From Armatimonadota bacterium (lineage in GTDB: Bacteria; Armatimonadota; UBA5829; DTLH01): a stretch of 59,658 nucleotides of DNA. This document shows, piece after piece, positions 19,500-30,690 of the stretch. Position 1 is the stretch's first letter, and each line of letters starts with the position of its first letter. The notes beneath the pieces were generated by a model, which saw nothing but the letters and a program-made list of their open reading frames with translations, did not search any database and was not told the origin of the DNA. The stretch covers positions 1 through 59,658 of the forward strand of contig JBDKSP010000060.1 in the NCBI GenBank assembly GCA_039680575.1, read 5' to 3'. Made by a program: the position numbers and the translations under genes.

Positions 19500-21018
19500 A
19501 ATATAATCCGGCCGCAAGAACTATGTAATAACCGACCACTCCGAGAGCGCCGGGAGACGTCACGTAAAGGCATGCGGAAGGCAGCTCACCGAACCAGTTG
19601 ATAGTCGAGAGCGCGAACCTGGTAATCATTGTCCCGGTAAACGATAATATATCCCCCAAAACCGGGACAGGCGAAAAAACCGGCAGCAGCAGCCCTACCG
19701 TGAATATGGGAAGCACCGTCGCTGCAACGATAGCATTGACCAGAAAGGATACCAGTGAAAACTGGTTGAAATACTGCGCGGAGAGCGGCAGCGTGCCGAT
19801 TGTGGCGGCAATTGTGGCCAAAAGTCCCTGCCAGCCTTCATTCAAGACCAGCCTCGCGGCTTTTGTTTTGGCGTCAGTGCGGTATCTTGCGCCCGGATCG
19901 ATCTTCCACTGGCGCGAAGTATGCTCTATAACGGGGAGTACAAGGATTAGAGCCATTACAGCCGCAAATGAGAGTTGAAAACCCACATCGAAGATATCCG
20001 CCGGGTTGATCGCAAGGATGATAAGCGCGGCCGCGAAAAGCAGGTTGAGCGTATCGGACGGCCTGTTGATGAGCGCGCCCAGAAGGAGCAGCGTCGCCAT
20101 TATCGTGGCTCTCACGATGGACGGCTTTGCTCCTACTACGAACATATAAAGTATCAGAATAAAAATCAGCGCCAAGTGGACATGCCTTTTCTCGAGTTTA
20201 AGGCAGTTTCTCAGGAGAAAGCCGAAGACGACGACCAGCACCGCGCAGTTGAACCCGGACGCCGCAAGCAGGTGAAGCGTTCCCGTCCGGGTGAAGTTGT
20301 CCATAAGCCTGTCGGGAAGCGTCGTATATGTCCCGAGCGCCATACCGGCTACGACCGCGCCTTCGTCTCGGGGCATCGACCGGGCAATGGAGTCCGAGAG
20401 CCCGCGTTTTATCCACATCGCCGCGGACAACAGCGGGTTGGGAGACTCGTTCCTGATGACCTTTACCTGCCGCGGATTCTGAATATACATTACGGCGTGG
20501 ATTCGCTGGCGGGAGAGATAATCTTTCCATGAAAACGCGCCGGGGTTGCTCGCGCCGGACGGACTGGAAATACGCGACCCGACGGCAAGCACATCGCCGT
20601 AATCCGGCGGGTTCCAGTCGAGGTCGTTATCCGGCATATAGTAAGTGGTCATCAGCCTGCCGGTTGCCGGGACGGACCTTCCGTTTATACGGACCGAGCG
20701 GACAGCGAGAGTGAACATGACCCTGTCTTCACGCTGGTCGATATCGGATATAACCCGGCCTATGACCCCGGTCACTCCCGTATTGGTAAAGTGCGACACA
20801 TCGTCCACGGAAAGTGTCATGTAAGAATCGTATCTCAGGAGCCCGATCGAGGCGATGACGAAAATGAGCGCAAGCGGGTATTTCTTCCAAGCAATCGCGC
20901 ACGCGAAGCCGAACCCGAACCCGCCGAGCGCGACGTAGACCGGCACATGGAACACCCCAGTGAACAATATTCCAATGACAAACGCAATCGTGACCGGAAA
21001 AAGCGGCCTCTTTAACAT
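19453..21018 (-). CDS. comEC: ComEC/Rec2 competence protein, DUF4131 plus membrane Competence domain
   Basis: NPGAFSW, GTLHLLAASGFN, PSIVRATIM, DVGFQLSFAAV; many TMs. Likely start MLKRPL at 21018. Confidence 0.9.
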   Translation of the reverse strand: MLKRPLFPVTIAFVIGILFTGVFHVPVYVALGGFGFGFACAIAWKKYPLALIFVIASIGLLRYDSYMTLSVDDVSHFTNTGVTGVIGRVISDIDQREDRVMFTLAVRSVRINGRSVPATGRLMTTYYMPDNDLDWNPPDYGDVLAVGSRISSPSGASNPGAFSWKDYLSRQRIHAVMYIQNPRQVKVIRNESPNPLLSAAMWIKRGLSDSIARSMPRDEGAVVAGMALGTYTTLPDRLMDNFTRTGTLHLLAASGFNCAVLVVVFGFLLRNCLKLEKRHVHLALIFILILYMFVVGAKPSIVRATIMATLLLLGALINRPSDTLNLLFAAALIILAINPADIFDVGFQLSFAAVMALILVLPVIEHTSRQWKIDPGARYRTDAKTKAARLVLNEGWQGLLATIAATIGTLPLSAQYFNQFSLVSFLVNAIVAATVLPIFTVGLLLPVFSPVPVLGDILSFTGTMITRFALSTINWFGELPSACLYVTSPGALGVVGYYIVLAAGLYYAYSRINSAKRTTRS

Positions 21019-21168
21019 ATAATCTCTGCTGTTTATGACAAATGTTGCACTCATCATATAGCAGCCGGGCATAAGATGCAAGATGTAACGCGGGGGGATT
21101 TTTACGAGGGTAATCTATCTTATTTCGAAGCGGTACCAGATATTCTGAATCGCGAAATCCGTTAAATC

Positions 21169-21254
21169 CGCGTAATTCGCGTTTCAAAATGATGGATAGT
21201 GAATACCGATAGAAAAGCGGAAGCTGCCGCTTCCGTACTCCAAAGAGATTAGTG
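21169..21254. repeat. REP-like family B extended unit, copy 2
   Basis: 86-bp unit nearly identical to 36904-36989. Confidence 0.85.
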
Positions 21255-21421
21255 GAGACTTGCACCATTCACACTAACCTCTATTCGCAAACTTGCCTCT
21301 TCTATATTTAGATGCGTTGGCACTGGGATTTTTACCTTTACGCATCTCCATAAGCTATCTATAATATTGCGAGGGCATAGGTATATCGGACAAAATATGT
21401 CCAAATACCCTGGAAATCACT

Positions 21422-21961
21422 ATGATCTATTTCGAAACACAGCGCCTGGTCTTCCGCGATTGGGCAGAGCAAGACTTGGCCGAATTTCAGAAAATGAACA
21501 AAGACCCGGAGGTGATGAAATATTTCCCGAAGGTTCTTTCTGACGATGAGACCGAAGCGTTCTACAACAGGATCATAGATGAGTTTAAAACTGCAGGCTA
21601 CGGGCTCTACGCGGTAGAAACGAAGCATGACGTCCGGTTCATCGGTTACATAGGGTTCCATAAGGCGGCATTCGAGGCTGATTTTACTCCATGTATCGAG
21701 ATAGGCTGGCGCTTAAAGCGCGAAGCCTGGGGAAACGGCTATGCGACGGAAGGCGCGAAAGCCTGCCTTGCCTACGGCATTCCCCGGTTCGGTTTCGACA
21801 GGATATACAGCTTCACGGCAAAAATCAACCTTCGGTCCGAGAATGTAATGAAGAAAATCGAGATGCGGAAAGTCTCGGAGTTCAGTCATCCGTCACTCGA
21901 TGCTGATAACCCCCTGTCCGGGCACGTACTTTACATGTTGGAAAGCCCACAAAAATATTGA
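21422..21961 (+). CDS. GNAT N-acetyltransferase, RimJ/RimL family
   Basis: ETQRLVFRDW, DPEVMKYFP, IEIGWRL, WGNGYATEGA, NLRSENVMKK. Confidence 0.92.
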   Translation: MIYFETQRLVFRDWAEQDLAEFQKMNKDPEVMKYFPKVLSDDETEAFYNRIIDEFKTAGYGLYAVETKHDVRFIGYIGFHKAAFEADFTPCIEIGWRLKREAWGNGYATEGAKACLAYGIPRFGFDRIYSFTAKINLRSENVMKKIEMRKVSEFSHPSLDADNPLSGHVLYMLESPQKY

Positions 21962-21986
21962 CATCTGAAAAGCAGTCCGGTATAAT
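21958..21986 (+). promoter_or_regulatory. Consensus sigma70 promoter P1 of the tRNA cluster
   Basis: Perfect TTGACA-N17-TATAAT; the -35 overlaps the GNAT stop codon. Confidence 0.85.
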
Positions 21987-22026
21987 TTCCTTGCTCTTGG
22001 AATTGGCTCGGGGATGCCTTCTCTTG

Positions 22027-22056
22027 TTGACGCCAATTGAGTAGTGATGGTATAAT
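22027..22056 (+). promoter_or_regulatory. Sigma70 promoter P2 of the tRNA cluster
   Basis: TTGACG-N18-TATAAT with an extended TG motif. Confidence 0.75.
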
Positions 22057-22082
22057 AATACCCGCCGGAGAGCAGAAGTCGT

Positions 22083-22158
<76 letters not shown>

Positions 22159-22170
22159 AGCGTGTCGCAC

Positions 22171-22254
22171 GGGCGAGTGGTGGAATGGCAGACACGCTAG
22201 ATTTAGGATCTAGTGCCGCAAGGCGTAGGAGTTCAACTCTCCTCTCGCCCACCA
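22171..22254 (+). tRNA. tRNA-Leu (TAG)
   Basis: Anticodon arm CTAGA-TTTAGGA-TCTAG, long variable arm, encoded CCA. Confidence 0.97.
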
Positions 22255-22274
22255 GTTCGCATAATTGAATACAT

Positions 22275-22349
22275 GCGGGAGTGGTTCAGTGGTAGAACGC
22301 CACCTTGCCAAGGTGGATGTCGCGGGTTCGAGTCCCGTCTCCCGCTCCA
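22275..22349 (+). tRNA. tRNA-Gly (GCC)
   Basis: Anticodon arm CCACC-TTGCCAA-GGTGG, acceptor GCGGGAG/CTCCCGC, encoded CCA. Confidence 0.97.
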
Positions 22350-22492
22350 AAATTGGGTAAAGGGTAGAAAGCGTATGCTTCTCTCTTCCCAACTCTAATC
22401 CACAGGATATGGGATAGAGGATAGATTCTATTTATCAGGAGCTATCTTTATTCTGTATCCTGTTGTTTTTTGTGAATCGGAGAGCCATTAAA

Positions 22493-23794
22493 ATGCCTAT
22501 AACTCAGCAAGAACAAGTGAGTCCGTGTGAAATATCGCTTGAGATAGAAGTCGATTCAGACGCAGTAAAAAAAGCGTTCGATAAGGCCTATAAGGAAGCT
22601 GGTAAGCACACTCAGGTCCCGGGGTTCCGCAAAGGAAAAGCGCCGAGGGCTATCCTTGAGAAGTTCGTCTCGGAAGAGCATATAAAAGAGCATGCCGCCG
22701 AGGAGCTTGTATACCCGGCGTATGATGAAGCGCTGAAAGAAGCCTCTATCGAACCGTTCGCCGCGGCCGAGTACGAAGTAATTCATCTGGAAGATGCCGA
22801 ACCATTTAAGTTTAAGGCAAAAATTCCTTTGCCACCTGCCGTAGAATTGGGTAACTACAAAGGTATGGAAGTAGAGCGGTTCTCCAGGCAGGTATCGGAT
22901 GAAGACGTCGACCAGCAGATCGAGACGCTCCGTCAGAACTCCGCGAAAGTAGAAAATGTCGAAGGCCGGCCGGTGCAGATGGGCGACCTCGCTATCATCA
23001 CCCTGACGGAGCTGGACGGAGACAGCCGCGAGACGGTTGTCGAAGCAGGTAAGAACCTCCCGAGCTTCGACGAAGGGCTGATCGGGATGAACAAGGGCGA
23101 GACGAAGTCCATAGAACTCGTCTATCCCGACGATTACGAAGAAAAAGAACTTGCAGGCACAAAGTCCATATCGATAGTCGTAATAAACGACATCAAGGAG
23201 CGGCATATCCCGGAACTGACCGATGATTTCGTAAAAGAGGTCACCCAGGGCAGCCCTGAGGAGATAGAGACCGTTCAGGCACTTAAAGATAGGGTCAAGA
23301 GCAAGCTGGAAGAGGCAGCGTCGGAGCTTGCTGACAAAGAGGCTCATGGTAAGATCGTCGATATGGTCTTGGAAGTATCCAAGATCGATTTTCCTGAAGT
23401 GATACTTTATCATGAAGTATCCCTCAGGCTCAAAAACCTGGTGGGCGATCTGAAAAGCCACGATCTGACGCTCGATGATTACCTCGATGCTACAGACAGG
23501 ACATTCGACGAACTGCAGTCGCAGATGGAAAAATCGGCGGCCAAAGATATTCGTGTGAGCCTCGTTTTAAGTGAAATAGCCGAAAAGGAAAAGATAGAGG
23601 CTACAGACGAGGATGTGGAAGAGGAAATTACTAAGATGGCGGAGGAAAGCGGTTACCCGAAAGAGTCGGTTGCCGCTTATGTCGACCGAACGGAAAGCAA
23701 AGATTCATTAAAAAACCGAATTATCCGTAGAAAAGTACTAGATTTTCTGGTCGATGCTTCCAATATTAAAAGTGTAGGACAAAAGAAGTCCTGA
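22493..23794 (+). CDS. tig: Trigger factor
   Basis: [10 protein letters not shown] ribosome-binding signature, FKBP-like domain, position upstream of clpP. Confidence 0.96.
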   Translation: MPITQQEQVSPCEISLEIEVDSDAVKKAFDKAYKEAGKHTQVPGFRKGKAPRAILEKFVSEEHIKEHAAEELVYPAYDEALKEASIEPFAAAEYEVIHLEDAEPFKFKAKIPLPPAVELGNYKGMEVERFSRQVSDEDVDQQIETLRQNSAKVENVEGRPVQMGDLAIITLTELDGDSRETVVEAGKNLPSFDEGLIGMNKGETKSIELVYPDDYEEKELAGTKSISIVVINDIKERHIPELTDDFVKEVTQGSPEEIETVQALKDRVKSKLEEAASELADKEAHGKIVDMVLEVSKIDFPEVILYHEVSLRLKNLVGDLKSHDLTLDDYLDATDRTFDELQSQMEKSAAKDIRVSLVLSEIAEKEKIEATDEDVEEEITKMAEESGYPKESVAAYVDRTESKDSLKNRIIRRKVLDFLVDASNIKSVGQKKS

Positions 23795-23811
23795 AAGGAG
23801 TTCCACTTCAT

Positions 23812-24396
23812 ATGGCACTCGTACCTATGGTTGTCGAGCAAAGTGCTCGCGGGGAACGAGCATACGATATATACTCAAGGCTGCTCAAGGACCGGATCAT
23901 CTTCATCGGCACGCCGATCGATGATGACATAGCAAACCTTGTTGTAGCACAGATGCTGTTCCTTGAGAAAGAAGACCCCGACAGGGATATAGAGCTTTAT
24001 ATCAACAGCCCCGGCGGATCGGTAATTGCCGGACTCGCCATCTACGATACTATGCAGGTGGTGAAGCCGGACATAGCAACGACATGTGTGGGGCACGCGA
24101 TGAGTATGGCAGCTATCCTCCTTGCGGGCGGCGCTAAAGGCAAGAGGTCTGCTCTGCCCAACTCCCGCATCATGATCCATCAGGGCTCCGCCGGATTCCA
24201 GGGCACACCTTCCGACATAGACATAGTCGCGCATGAAGTGCTGCGCTACAAGTCTCTTTATGTCGAGCTTCTATCCGAGCACACAGGCCAGCCGCCTGAG
24301 CGGGTAGAAAAAGATATTGACAGAGATTATTATATGTCTCCGCAAGAAGCTCTGGAATATGGAATAGTAGATGCAGTAATCGCTAAGAAGCGATAG
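23812..24396 (+). CDS. clpP: ATP-dependent Clp protease proteolytic subunit
   Basis: [33 protein letters not shown]. Confidence 0.98.
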   Translation: MALVPMVVEQSARGERAYDIYSRLLKDRIIFIGTPIDDDIANLVVAQMLFLEKEDPDRDIELYINSPGGSVIAGLAIYDTMQVVKPDIATTCVGHAMSMAAILLAGGAKGKRSALPNSRIMIHQGSAGFQGTPSDIDIVAHEVLRYKSLYVELLSEHTGQPPERVEKDIDRDYYMSPQEALEYGIVDAVIAKKR

Positions 24397-24503
24397 TCAA
24401 TGTATAGAGGTAATGATCGCATGCGCGGTCATTACCTTGCATTCAATGCGTTTCAGCATAACATCCGAAACGCATAATACTGTAGATAAAGGAGAACGGC
24501 CAG

Positions 24504-25769
24504 TTGGCAAGGGTCGGTTATGATCGAAACGATGGGCGCTGCGCCCTCTGCGGAAAGAGTCGCGAGCAGGTAAAGAAGCTCATTCTTGGCGTATACGGCG
24601 GTGTTTGCGTAGACTGCATCGGGCTCTGCAATGAGATCATCAAAGGTGAGGCAACTCAACCGGAGGAATTCTCTTTCGGTTCCGTTCCGAAGCCAAAAGA
24701 GATCTACCGCATACTCAGTCAGTATGTGGTCGGGCAGGAGAAGGCCAAGCGGTCGCTCTCCGTCGCCGTGTATAACCATTTCAAGCGGATCAACGTCCCG
24801 AGTTCGGATGTTGAGCTGCAGAAATCCAATATTCTCCTGGTCGGTCCCACCGGCTCAGGAAAAACCCTTCTGGCTCAGACGCTCGCGCGTATACTGAACG
24901 TCCCGTTCGCTATCGCCGACGCAACATCGCTTACCGAGGCGGGATATGTGGGAGAGGACGTCGAGAACATCCTTCTGAAACTCCTGCAGGCGTCCGATAC
25001 GGGTGAGAGCATTCAGACTACGGTCAAAAATGCCCAACGCGGCATCGTCTACATCGACGAGATAGACAAGATTGCGCGCAAGTCCGAAAACCCGTCTATT
25101 ACCCGTGATGTCTCCGGTGAGGGAGTGCAGCAGGCACTGCTGAAAATCCTCGAAGGCACAGTCGCGAACGTTCCGCCGCAGGGCGGACGCAAGCATCCTC
25201 AGCAAGATTACGTTCAGATCGATACCACAAACGTGCTCTTCATCTGCGGCGGCGCATTCGAGGGGCTTGAGGGCATCATCGAGCACAGGGTCGGCAAGGA
25301 GAACAGTCTGGGGTTCAGGGCTGAGGTCGAGAGCAAAAAGGCTCGTCCGGCAGGAGATCTTCTGCAGTATGTAATGCCTGAAGACCTGCTGAAGTTCGGG
25401 CTTATCCCGGAGTTTGTCGGACGGCTGCCTGTCCTTTCCACACTGAACGTTCTGGACCAGGAAGCGCTGAGGAAGATTCTGGTCGAGCCCAAAAATTCGC
25501 TCATCAAGCAGTACTGCAAGTTCTTCGAATACGACGGGGTGGACCTTGTCCTCACTGAAGACGCCATCGACGCAGTAGCAGCGGAAGCGATGAAGCGGGG
25601 AATGGGAGCAAGAGCGCTTCGCACTATACTCGAAGAGGTCATGCTCAACATTATGTATGAGATACCTTCCAACAAGGACGTCAAGAAGTGTATAATCACT
25701 GCAGAGACAATCCTTGAGAAGAAGGACCCGACTATCGTGACGTTGAGCGAGATCAAGGCCGCTTCATAG
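24504..25769 (+). CDS. clpX: Clp protease ATP-binding subunit ClpX
   Basis: C4 zinc-binding domain, [22 protein letters not shown] loop. TTG start with AAGGAG RBS. Confidence 0.98.
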   Translation: MARVGYDRNDGRCALCGKSREQVKKLILGVYGGVCVDCIGLCNEIIKGEATQPEEFSFGSVPKPKEIYRILSQYVVGQEKAKRSLSVAVYNHFKRINVPSSDVELQKSNILLVGPTGSGKTLLAQTLARILNVPFAIADATSLTEAGYVGEDVENILLKLLQASDTGESIQTTVKNAQRGIVYIDEIDKIARKSENPSITRDVSGEGVQQALLKILEGTVANVPPQGGRKHPQQDYVQIDTTNVLFICGGAFEGLEGIIEHRVGKENSLGFRAEVESKKARPAGDLLQYVMPEDLLKFGLIPEFVGRLPVLSTLNVLDQEALRKILVEPKNSLIKQYCKFFEYDGVDLVLTEDAIDAVAAEAMKRGMGARALRTILEEVMLNIMYEIPSNKDVKKCIITAETILEKKDPTIVTLSEIKAAS

Positions 25770-25796
25770 TATAAACGTTCATAATTCCGAACTAGT

Positions 25797-25822
25797 GGCC
25801 GGGCTGAAGTCCCGGCCTTTTT
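25797..25822 (+). terminator. Intrinsic terminator after clpX (resembles REP family D)
   Basis: GGCCGGG-ctgaagt-CCCGGCC-TTTTT. Confidence 0.7.
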
Positions 25823-25852
25823 CACATAAACCTTATAGAAAAGAGAGACGCG

Positions 25853-28270
25853 ATGCCACGCAAGAAAGCTCTTGTACCGGATAATATACTGGCTGTCGAA
25901 GAGATTCTGCTCGAAGACAAACAACCAAGCAAGCGACAATCCCGGGTATATCCGGTGCTGCCTGTGCGCGACCAGGTCTACTACACCAACATGCTCTTTC
26001 CACTGCTCGTCGGCAGGGAAAAGTCCATCCGTTCATTGGATGAAGCCGTGGCAAAGAGCAGAAAACTGGTCCTTGTAGCGCAGAGGGATATTGCCACGGA
26101 AGACCCCGAGCCGGATGACCTGTACGATGTCGGCCTTCTGGTCGAGGTCATGCAGGTGCTTAGAGTGCCGGACGGAGCCGTACGGCTCATGCTCGAAGGT
26201 CTGGAACGTGTCAAAATCGCCAAGTACAGCCACACCGAGCCGTTCCTAAAGGCGCGGGTAAGCGTAATGAACGAGAAGCCTTCATCGGGCATTGAAATCG
26301 AAGCTCTCAAGCGGAGTATCATCAACCAGTTCGAACAGATAGTCCAAAACGGGCGGCAAATACCGCCGGAAGCCATGATCACGGTCATCAGCATCAGCGA
26401 CCCTGCCCGGCTTGCGGACACTGTAGCCCACCATCTGTCTGTTCCCGTATCATCCAAGCAGGAAATTCTGGAGACGGTATCGGTCAAAGAACGGCTTGAA
26501 AAGCTGAACCTGCTCCTTGCAAGAGAAGTCGAGATCCTGGAAATCCACCGCAACATCCGCTCCCGTGTCGAGAAAGAAATGGGCGAGACCCAGAAGGAAT
26601 ACATCCTGAGGGAGCAGCTCAAGGCAATTCAGCAGGAGCTGGGAGACAGAGACGAGCGTTTGTCCGAGATTGAGGAGTATAAGGCAAAGATCGACGAAGC
26701 TAAAATGCCTCAGGAAGTGGCGGAACGCGCGCTTAAAGAGGTTGACCGACTCGAAAAAATGCCCTATGCCGCGCCGGACGGCGTCGTTGTCCGCACTTAT
26801 CTCGATTGGCTGACCTCGCTTCCCTGGAGCAAAAGCACTCAGGAAACGATCGAGATGGATGCAGCCACGGATACTCTCGATGAAGACCATTACGGACTGG
26901 CGAAGGTCAAAGAACGGATTCTGGAGTTCCTGGCGGTGCGCAAGCTCGCGGGAACTATGAGAGGCCCGATTTTGTGTTTTGTCGGCCCTCCCGGAGTCGG
27001 TAAGACTTCGATAGGTAAATCCATCGCGAAGGCTCTCGGGCGGAAGTTCGTCAGAGTATCGCTTGGCGGAATAAGGGACGAGGCTGAAATCCGTGGACAC
27101 AGGCGCACGTATGTCGGCGCGCTGCCCGGCAGGATCATCCAGGGTATAAAGCAGTGCGGTTTCAGAAACCCCGTCTTCATGCTGGACGAAATCGACAAGA
27201 TCGGAGCGGATTTCCGGGGCGACCCATCCGCCGCGCTTCTCGAAGCGCTCGATCCCGAGCAGAATAATGCGTTTTCCGACCATTATCTCGAAGTCCCGTT
27301 CGATCTTTCGGACGTGATGTTCATAACGACAGCGAACGTGCTGGACACCATTCCTCCGCCGCTCCGGGACAGGATGGAGATCATCCACTTCCCGGGCTAT
27401 ATCGAGGATGAGAAGCTGCAGATCTCCCAGAGGTTCCTTGCTCCCAAGCAGATCAAGGAAAACGGGCTTTCCAAGAACAATGTCAATGTTACGGAGGCCG
27501 CATTCAGAAAGTTAATACGCGAATATACGCGCGAAGCCGGTGTCCGCGGCCTGGAGCGCTCGATATCCGCGATTTTCCGCAAGATAGCCAAGAAGGTTGC
27601 TGAAGGAAGTATAAAGAGCGCGGTCGTGGATGAAAACGACGTCCAGACTTACCTCGGCACGAGGAAATATCATTACGGTATGGCTGAGGAGAAAGATGAA
27701 ATCGCCGCAGCAACAGGACTTGCCTACACGGAGTTCGGCGGAGACATAATCCAGATCGAAGTCGGACTGATGAAGTCCAGCGAGGGCAGGCTGCTCTTGA
27801 CCGGCCAGCTCGGTGACGTAATGAAAGAATCTGCCCAGGCTGCGCTCACTTATGTACGGTCGAAAGCGAGAGCTCTCGATATAGACGAGGAATTTTCCCA
27901 GCGGACGGATATTCACATCCATGTTCCCGCTGGAGGCATCCCTAAAGACGGCCCCTCGGCAGGTATTACAATGGCGACAGCTCTTGCCTCGGCACTGACC
28001 AGGCGCCGAGTGCGGAAAGATGTTGCCATGACCGGCGAGATAACACTTCGAGGGCGAGTGCTGCCCATCGGAGGAGTCAAAGAAAAGATGCTCGCAGCCC
28101 ACAGGGCAGGCATAAAGACGGTAATTCTCCCGGCGGAAAACGAGAAAGACCTGGAGGAGATACCGGAAAATGTGCTGGCAGACCTGACCATAAAGCTGGT
28201 CGAACATGCCGATCAAGTTCTTTCAATAGCACTTCTCGATGGAGGGAAGGAAAAATCAGTTAAGCTGTAG
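25853..28270 (+). CDS. lon: Lon protease
   Basis: [40 protein letters not shown]. Confidence 0.98.
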   Translation: MPRKKALVPDNILAVEEILLEDKQPSKRQSRVYPVLPVRDQVYYTNMLFPLLVGREKSIRSLDEAVAKSRKLVLVAQRDIATEDPEPDDLYDVGLLVEVMQVLRVPDGAVRLMLEGLERVKIAKYSHTEPFLKARVSVMNEKPSSGIEIEALKRSIINQFEQIVQNGRQIPPEAMITVISISDPARLADTVAHHLSVPVSSKQEILETVSVKERLEKLNLLLAREVEILEIHRNIRSRVEKEMGETQKEYILREQLKAIQQELGDRDERLSEIEEYKAKIDEAKMPQEVAERALKEVDRLEKMPYAAPDGVVVRTYLDWLTSLPWSKSTQETIEMDAATDTLDEDHYGLAKVKERILEFLAVRKLAGTMRGPILCFVGPPGVGKTSIGKSIAKALGRKFVRVSLGGIRDEAEIRGHRRTYVGALPGRIIQGIKQCGFRNPVFMLDEIDKIGADFRGDPSAALLEALDPEQNNAFSDHYLEVPFDLSDVMFITTANVLDTIPPPLRDRMEIIHFPGYIEDEKLQISQRFLAPKQIKENGLSKNNVNVTEAAFRKLIREYTREAGVRGLERSISAIFRKIAKKVAEGSIKSAVVDENDVQTYLGTRKYHYGMAEEKDEIAAATGLAYTEFGGDIIQIEVGLMKSSEGRLLLTGQLGDVMKESAQAALTYVRSKARALDIDEEFSQRTDIHIHVPAGGIPKDGPSAGITMATALASALTRRRVRKDVAMTGEITLRGRVLPIGGVKEKMLAAHRAGIKTVILPAENEKDLEEIPENVLADLTIKLVEHADQVLSIALLDGGKEKSVKL

Positions 28271-28297
28271 AACACAATTACTGTATATATGTAACAG

Positions 28298-28324
28298 GCC
28301 GGGGTGCCTTGCATCCCGGCTTTT
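28298..28324 (+). terminator. Intrinsic terminator after lon; duplicated at about 29448-29474
   Basis: GCCGGGGTGC-ctt-GCATCCCGGC-TTTT. Confidence 0.75.
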
Positions 28325-28352
28325 CAATTTTATTAAGCTAAGGGAGCATTAA

Positions 28353-29348
28353 ATGACCAGCAGAGAGCGCGTAAAGCGCTGCATCACATTTAAGGGGCCG
28401 GATCGTATACCTATGACTCTGCCTGCGCCGTTTCCTAATGATATCCTGTTGTACTGCCAGAACAGCGACCCTGATTGGAAGCCATCCAGGACGTGGGAAG
28501 TCGAAAACGGCGCCCAGTGGGAAGACGAGTGGGGCAATGTCTGGAAACGGTTCGACAACACGACCAGAGGAGAAGTCATCGAGGGAGCGCTGAAGGATTG
28601 GTCGGACCTGGATAACTACAAGATGCCGACTTACGACAAGCAGTTCCGCTACGAAAAAGCAAAGGGATTTTTTGATGAGCGCCCTGACAATTATCACCTT
28701 GGAGCCTTACCTGGGTTCCCGTTTGCCATTATGCGATACATGCGGCTTATGGAAGTCTTCCTTGCCGACGTGCTGCTTTACCCGGACGAGGTTATGAGGC
28801 TTCAGCGAATGGTGATCGACCATCTGAAGAGATGTATCGACTGCTGGAAATGGGCAGGAGCTGACGGATTCCTATTTGCTGAGGACTGGGGAACACAGGA
28901 GCGGCTTCTCATTTCTCCGGCTCTTTGGAGAAAAATGTTCAAGCCAGGGTTCGAAGAGCTAATCAACCATGCACATTCCCTTGGAATTGCTGTATTTATG
29001 CATTCCTGCGGTTACATCAAGGACATCATTCCTGACCTCCGAGACATTGGACTGGACGTACTTCAGCTCGACCAGCCGGAACTCTCAGGAATTGACTGGC
29101 TTCGTGAGACTGTAGGCGGACGGATGACGATCTGGAGCCCTGTTGACATACAGGGGAGATTACCAAAAGGCAATAAAGAGGACATTCAGGCCGCTGCCAA
29201 GGAATATATCGAGAAGCTGGGAAGCTTCAACGGCGGATATATAGCCGGATGCTACGTCGACTACAAGAGCCTCGGCATAGAAGAAGGTTGGCAGGTCTGG
29301 GGCTATGAAGCGTTCATGAAATACGCCGACAGCGTATATAGGAAGTAA
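28353..29348 (+). CDS. Uroporphyrinogen decarboxylase/MtaA-CmuA-superfamily protein, paralogue 1
   Basis: MTSRERV..GPDRIP, DEWG, AEDWGTQ..LLISP..WR, HSCG, VDIQ, GGYI. Confidence 0.88.
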   Translation: MTSRERVKRCITFKGPDRIPMTLPAPFPNDILLYCQNSDPDWKPSRTWEVENGAQWEDEWGNVWKRFDNTTRGEVIEGALKDWSDLDNYKMPTYDKQFRYEKAKGFFDERPDNYHLGALPGFPFAIMRYMRLMEVFLADVLLYPDEVMRLQRMVIDHLKRCIDCWKWAGADGFLFAEDWGTQERLLISPALWRKMFKPGFEELINHAHSLGIAVFMHSCGYIKDIIPDLRDIGLDVLQLDQPELSGIDWLRETVGGRMTIWSPVDIQGRLPKGNKEDIQAAAKEYIEKLGSFNGGYIAGCYVDYKSLGIEEGWQVWGYEAFMKYADSVYRK

Positions 29349-29504
29349 GGTTCTGCATAAAGGCGGTAAACCTCATCTCCTGAAACTCAATAGGTGGAAG
29401 AAAATTCTATTAAGCTGTAGAATATAATTGCTGTATGCATGTAACAGGCCGGGGTGCCTTGCATCCCGGCTTTTCGATATTGGTAAATTAAAAGGAGCAT
29501 TTAA

Positions 29505-30500
29505 ATGACCAGCAGAGAGCGCGTAAAGCGCTGCATCAGTTTTTCAGGACCGGACCGGATACCGATGGGCCTGCCTGCACCATATCCCGACGATTTTCAG
29601 TGGGCCGGTCAGAGCGGCGACCCCGATTGGAAACCATCCAGGACGTGGGAAATCGAAAACGGTGCCCAGTGGGAAGACGAGTGGGGCAATGTCTGGAAAC
29701 GGTTTGACAACACGACCAGAGGAGAAGTCATCGAGGGAGCGCTGAAGGATTGGTCGGACCTGGATAACTACAAGATGCCGACTTACGACAAGCAGTTCCG
29801 CTACGAAAAAGCAAAGAAAACTTTTGAAGACAAACCTGACAAATATCACCTCGGCGGCTTGCCTGGGTTCCCGTTCGCCATTATGCGATACATGCGGCTT
29901 ATGGAAGTCTTCCTTGCCGATGTGCTGCTTTACCCGGACGAGGTTATGAGGCTGCAGCGGATGGTAATCGACCACCTGAAAAGATGCCTCGACTGCTGGA
30001 AATGGGCAGGAGCGGACGGAGTTATTTTCGCTGAGGACTGGGGAACACAGGAGCGGCTTCTCATTTCTCCGGCCCTCTGGAGAAAGATGTTCAGACCAGG
30101 GTTCGAAGAACTGGTAGCCCATGCGCATTCCCTTGGAATCGCAATGTTTCATCACTGCTGCGGTTACATAGTGGATATCATTCCTGATCTCCGAGACCTC
30201 GGAATGGACGTGCTTCAGCTCGACCAGCCTGAACGCTCAGGAATAGATTTTCTGCGGGAGACTGTCGGCGGACGAGTGACGATCTGGAGCCCTGTAGACA
30301 TACAGTGGAAACTGCCCAAAGGAAACAAAGCAGACATTCAAGCCGCTGCCAAGGAATATATCGAGAAGCTGGGAAGCTTCAACGGCGGATATATGGCCGG
30401 ATTTTACGGCGACGTCAAGAGCCTCGGCATAGAGAAAGAATGGCAGATGTGGGCATGTGAAGCGTTTGCCAAATACGCCGACAGTATATATAAGAAGTAA
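29505..30500 (+). CDS. Uroporphyrinogen decarboxylase/MtaA-CmuA-superfamily protein, paralogue 2
   Basis: Same length (331 aa) and colinear with 28353..29348; HCCG in place of HSCG. Confidence 0.88.
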   Translation: MTSRERVKRCISFSGPDRIPMGLPAPYPDDFQWAGQSGDPDWKPSRTWEIENGAQWEDEWGNVWKRFDNTTRGEVIEGALKDWSDLDNYKMPTYDKQFRYEKAKKTFEDKPDKYHLGGLPGFPFAIMRYMRLMEVFLADVLLYPDEVMRLQRMVIDHLKRCLDCWKWAGADGVIFAEDWGTQERLLISPALWRKMFRPGFEELVAHAHSLGIAMFHHCCGYIVDIIPDLRDLGMDVLQLDQPERSGIDFLRETVGGRVTIWSPVDIQWKLPKGNKADIQAAAKEYIEKLGSFNGGYMAGFYGDVKSLGIEKEWQMWACEAFAKYADSIYKK

Positions 30501-30556
30501 GAGACTGCATTCCGTGTTCTTTACACTGTGCGGTTCGTCGAAATAAGGTGCTTTCT

Positions 30557-30599
30557 AAGCCCCTCTTCATCCCTGTATAAGGTTCGAGAGGGGCTTTTT
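30557..30599 (+). terminator. Probable terminator between the UroD paralogue and convergent rsmI
   Basis: AAGCCCCTCT...AGAGGGGCTT followed by a T run. Confidence 0.55.
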
Positions 30600-30643
30600 A
30601 TGTTACTCAGAAGCGCAAAAATGCGAAATTCCAAGCCGGCTGT

Positions 30644-30681
30644 CGATAGAAAAGCGGAAGCCAGCGCTTCCGCGTTCCAAA
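30644..30681. repeat. REP-like family B, copy 3
   Basis: CGATAGAAAAGCGGAAGCcagcGCTTCCGCGTTCCAAA. Confidence 0.8.
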
Positions 30682-30690
30682 TTTCCGCCC

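Noticed and set aside
28353..30500. Calling the paralogues hemE because hemL is in the window
   Set aside because: They lack the HemE RQAGR motif and have the HxCG motif of the MtaA/CmuA-like branch.
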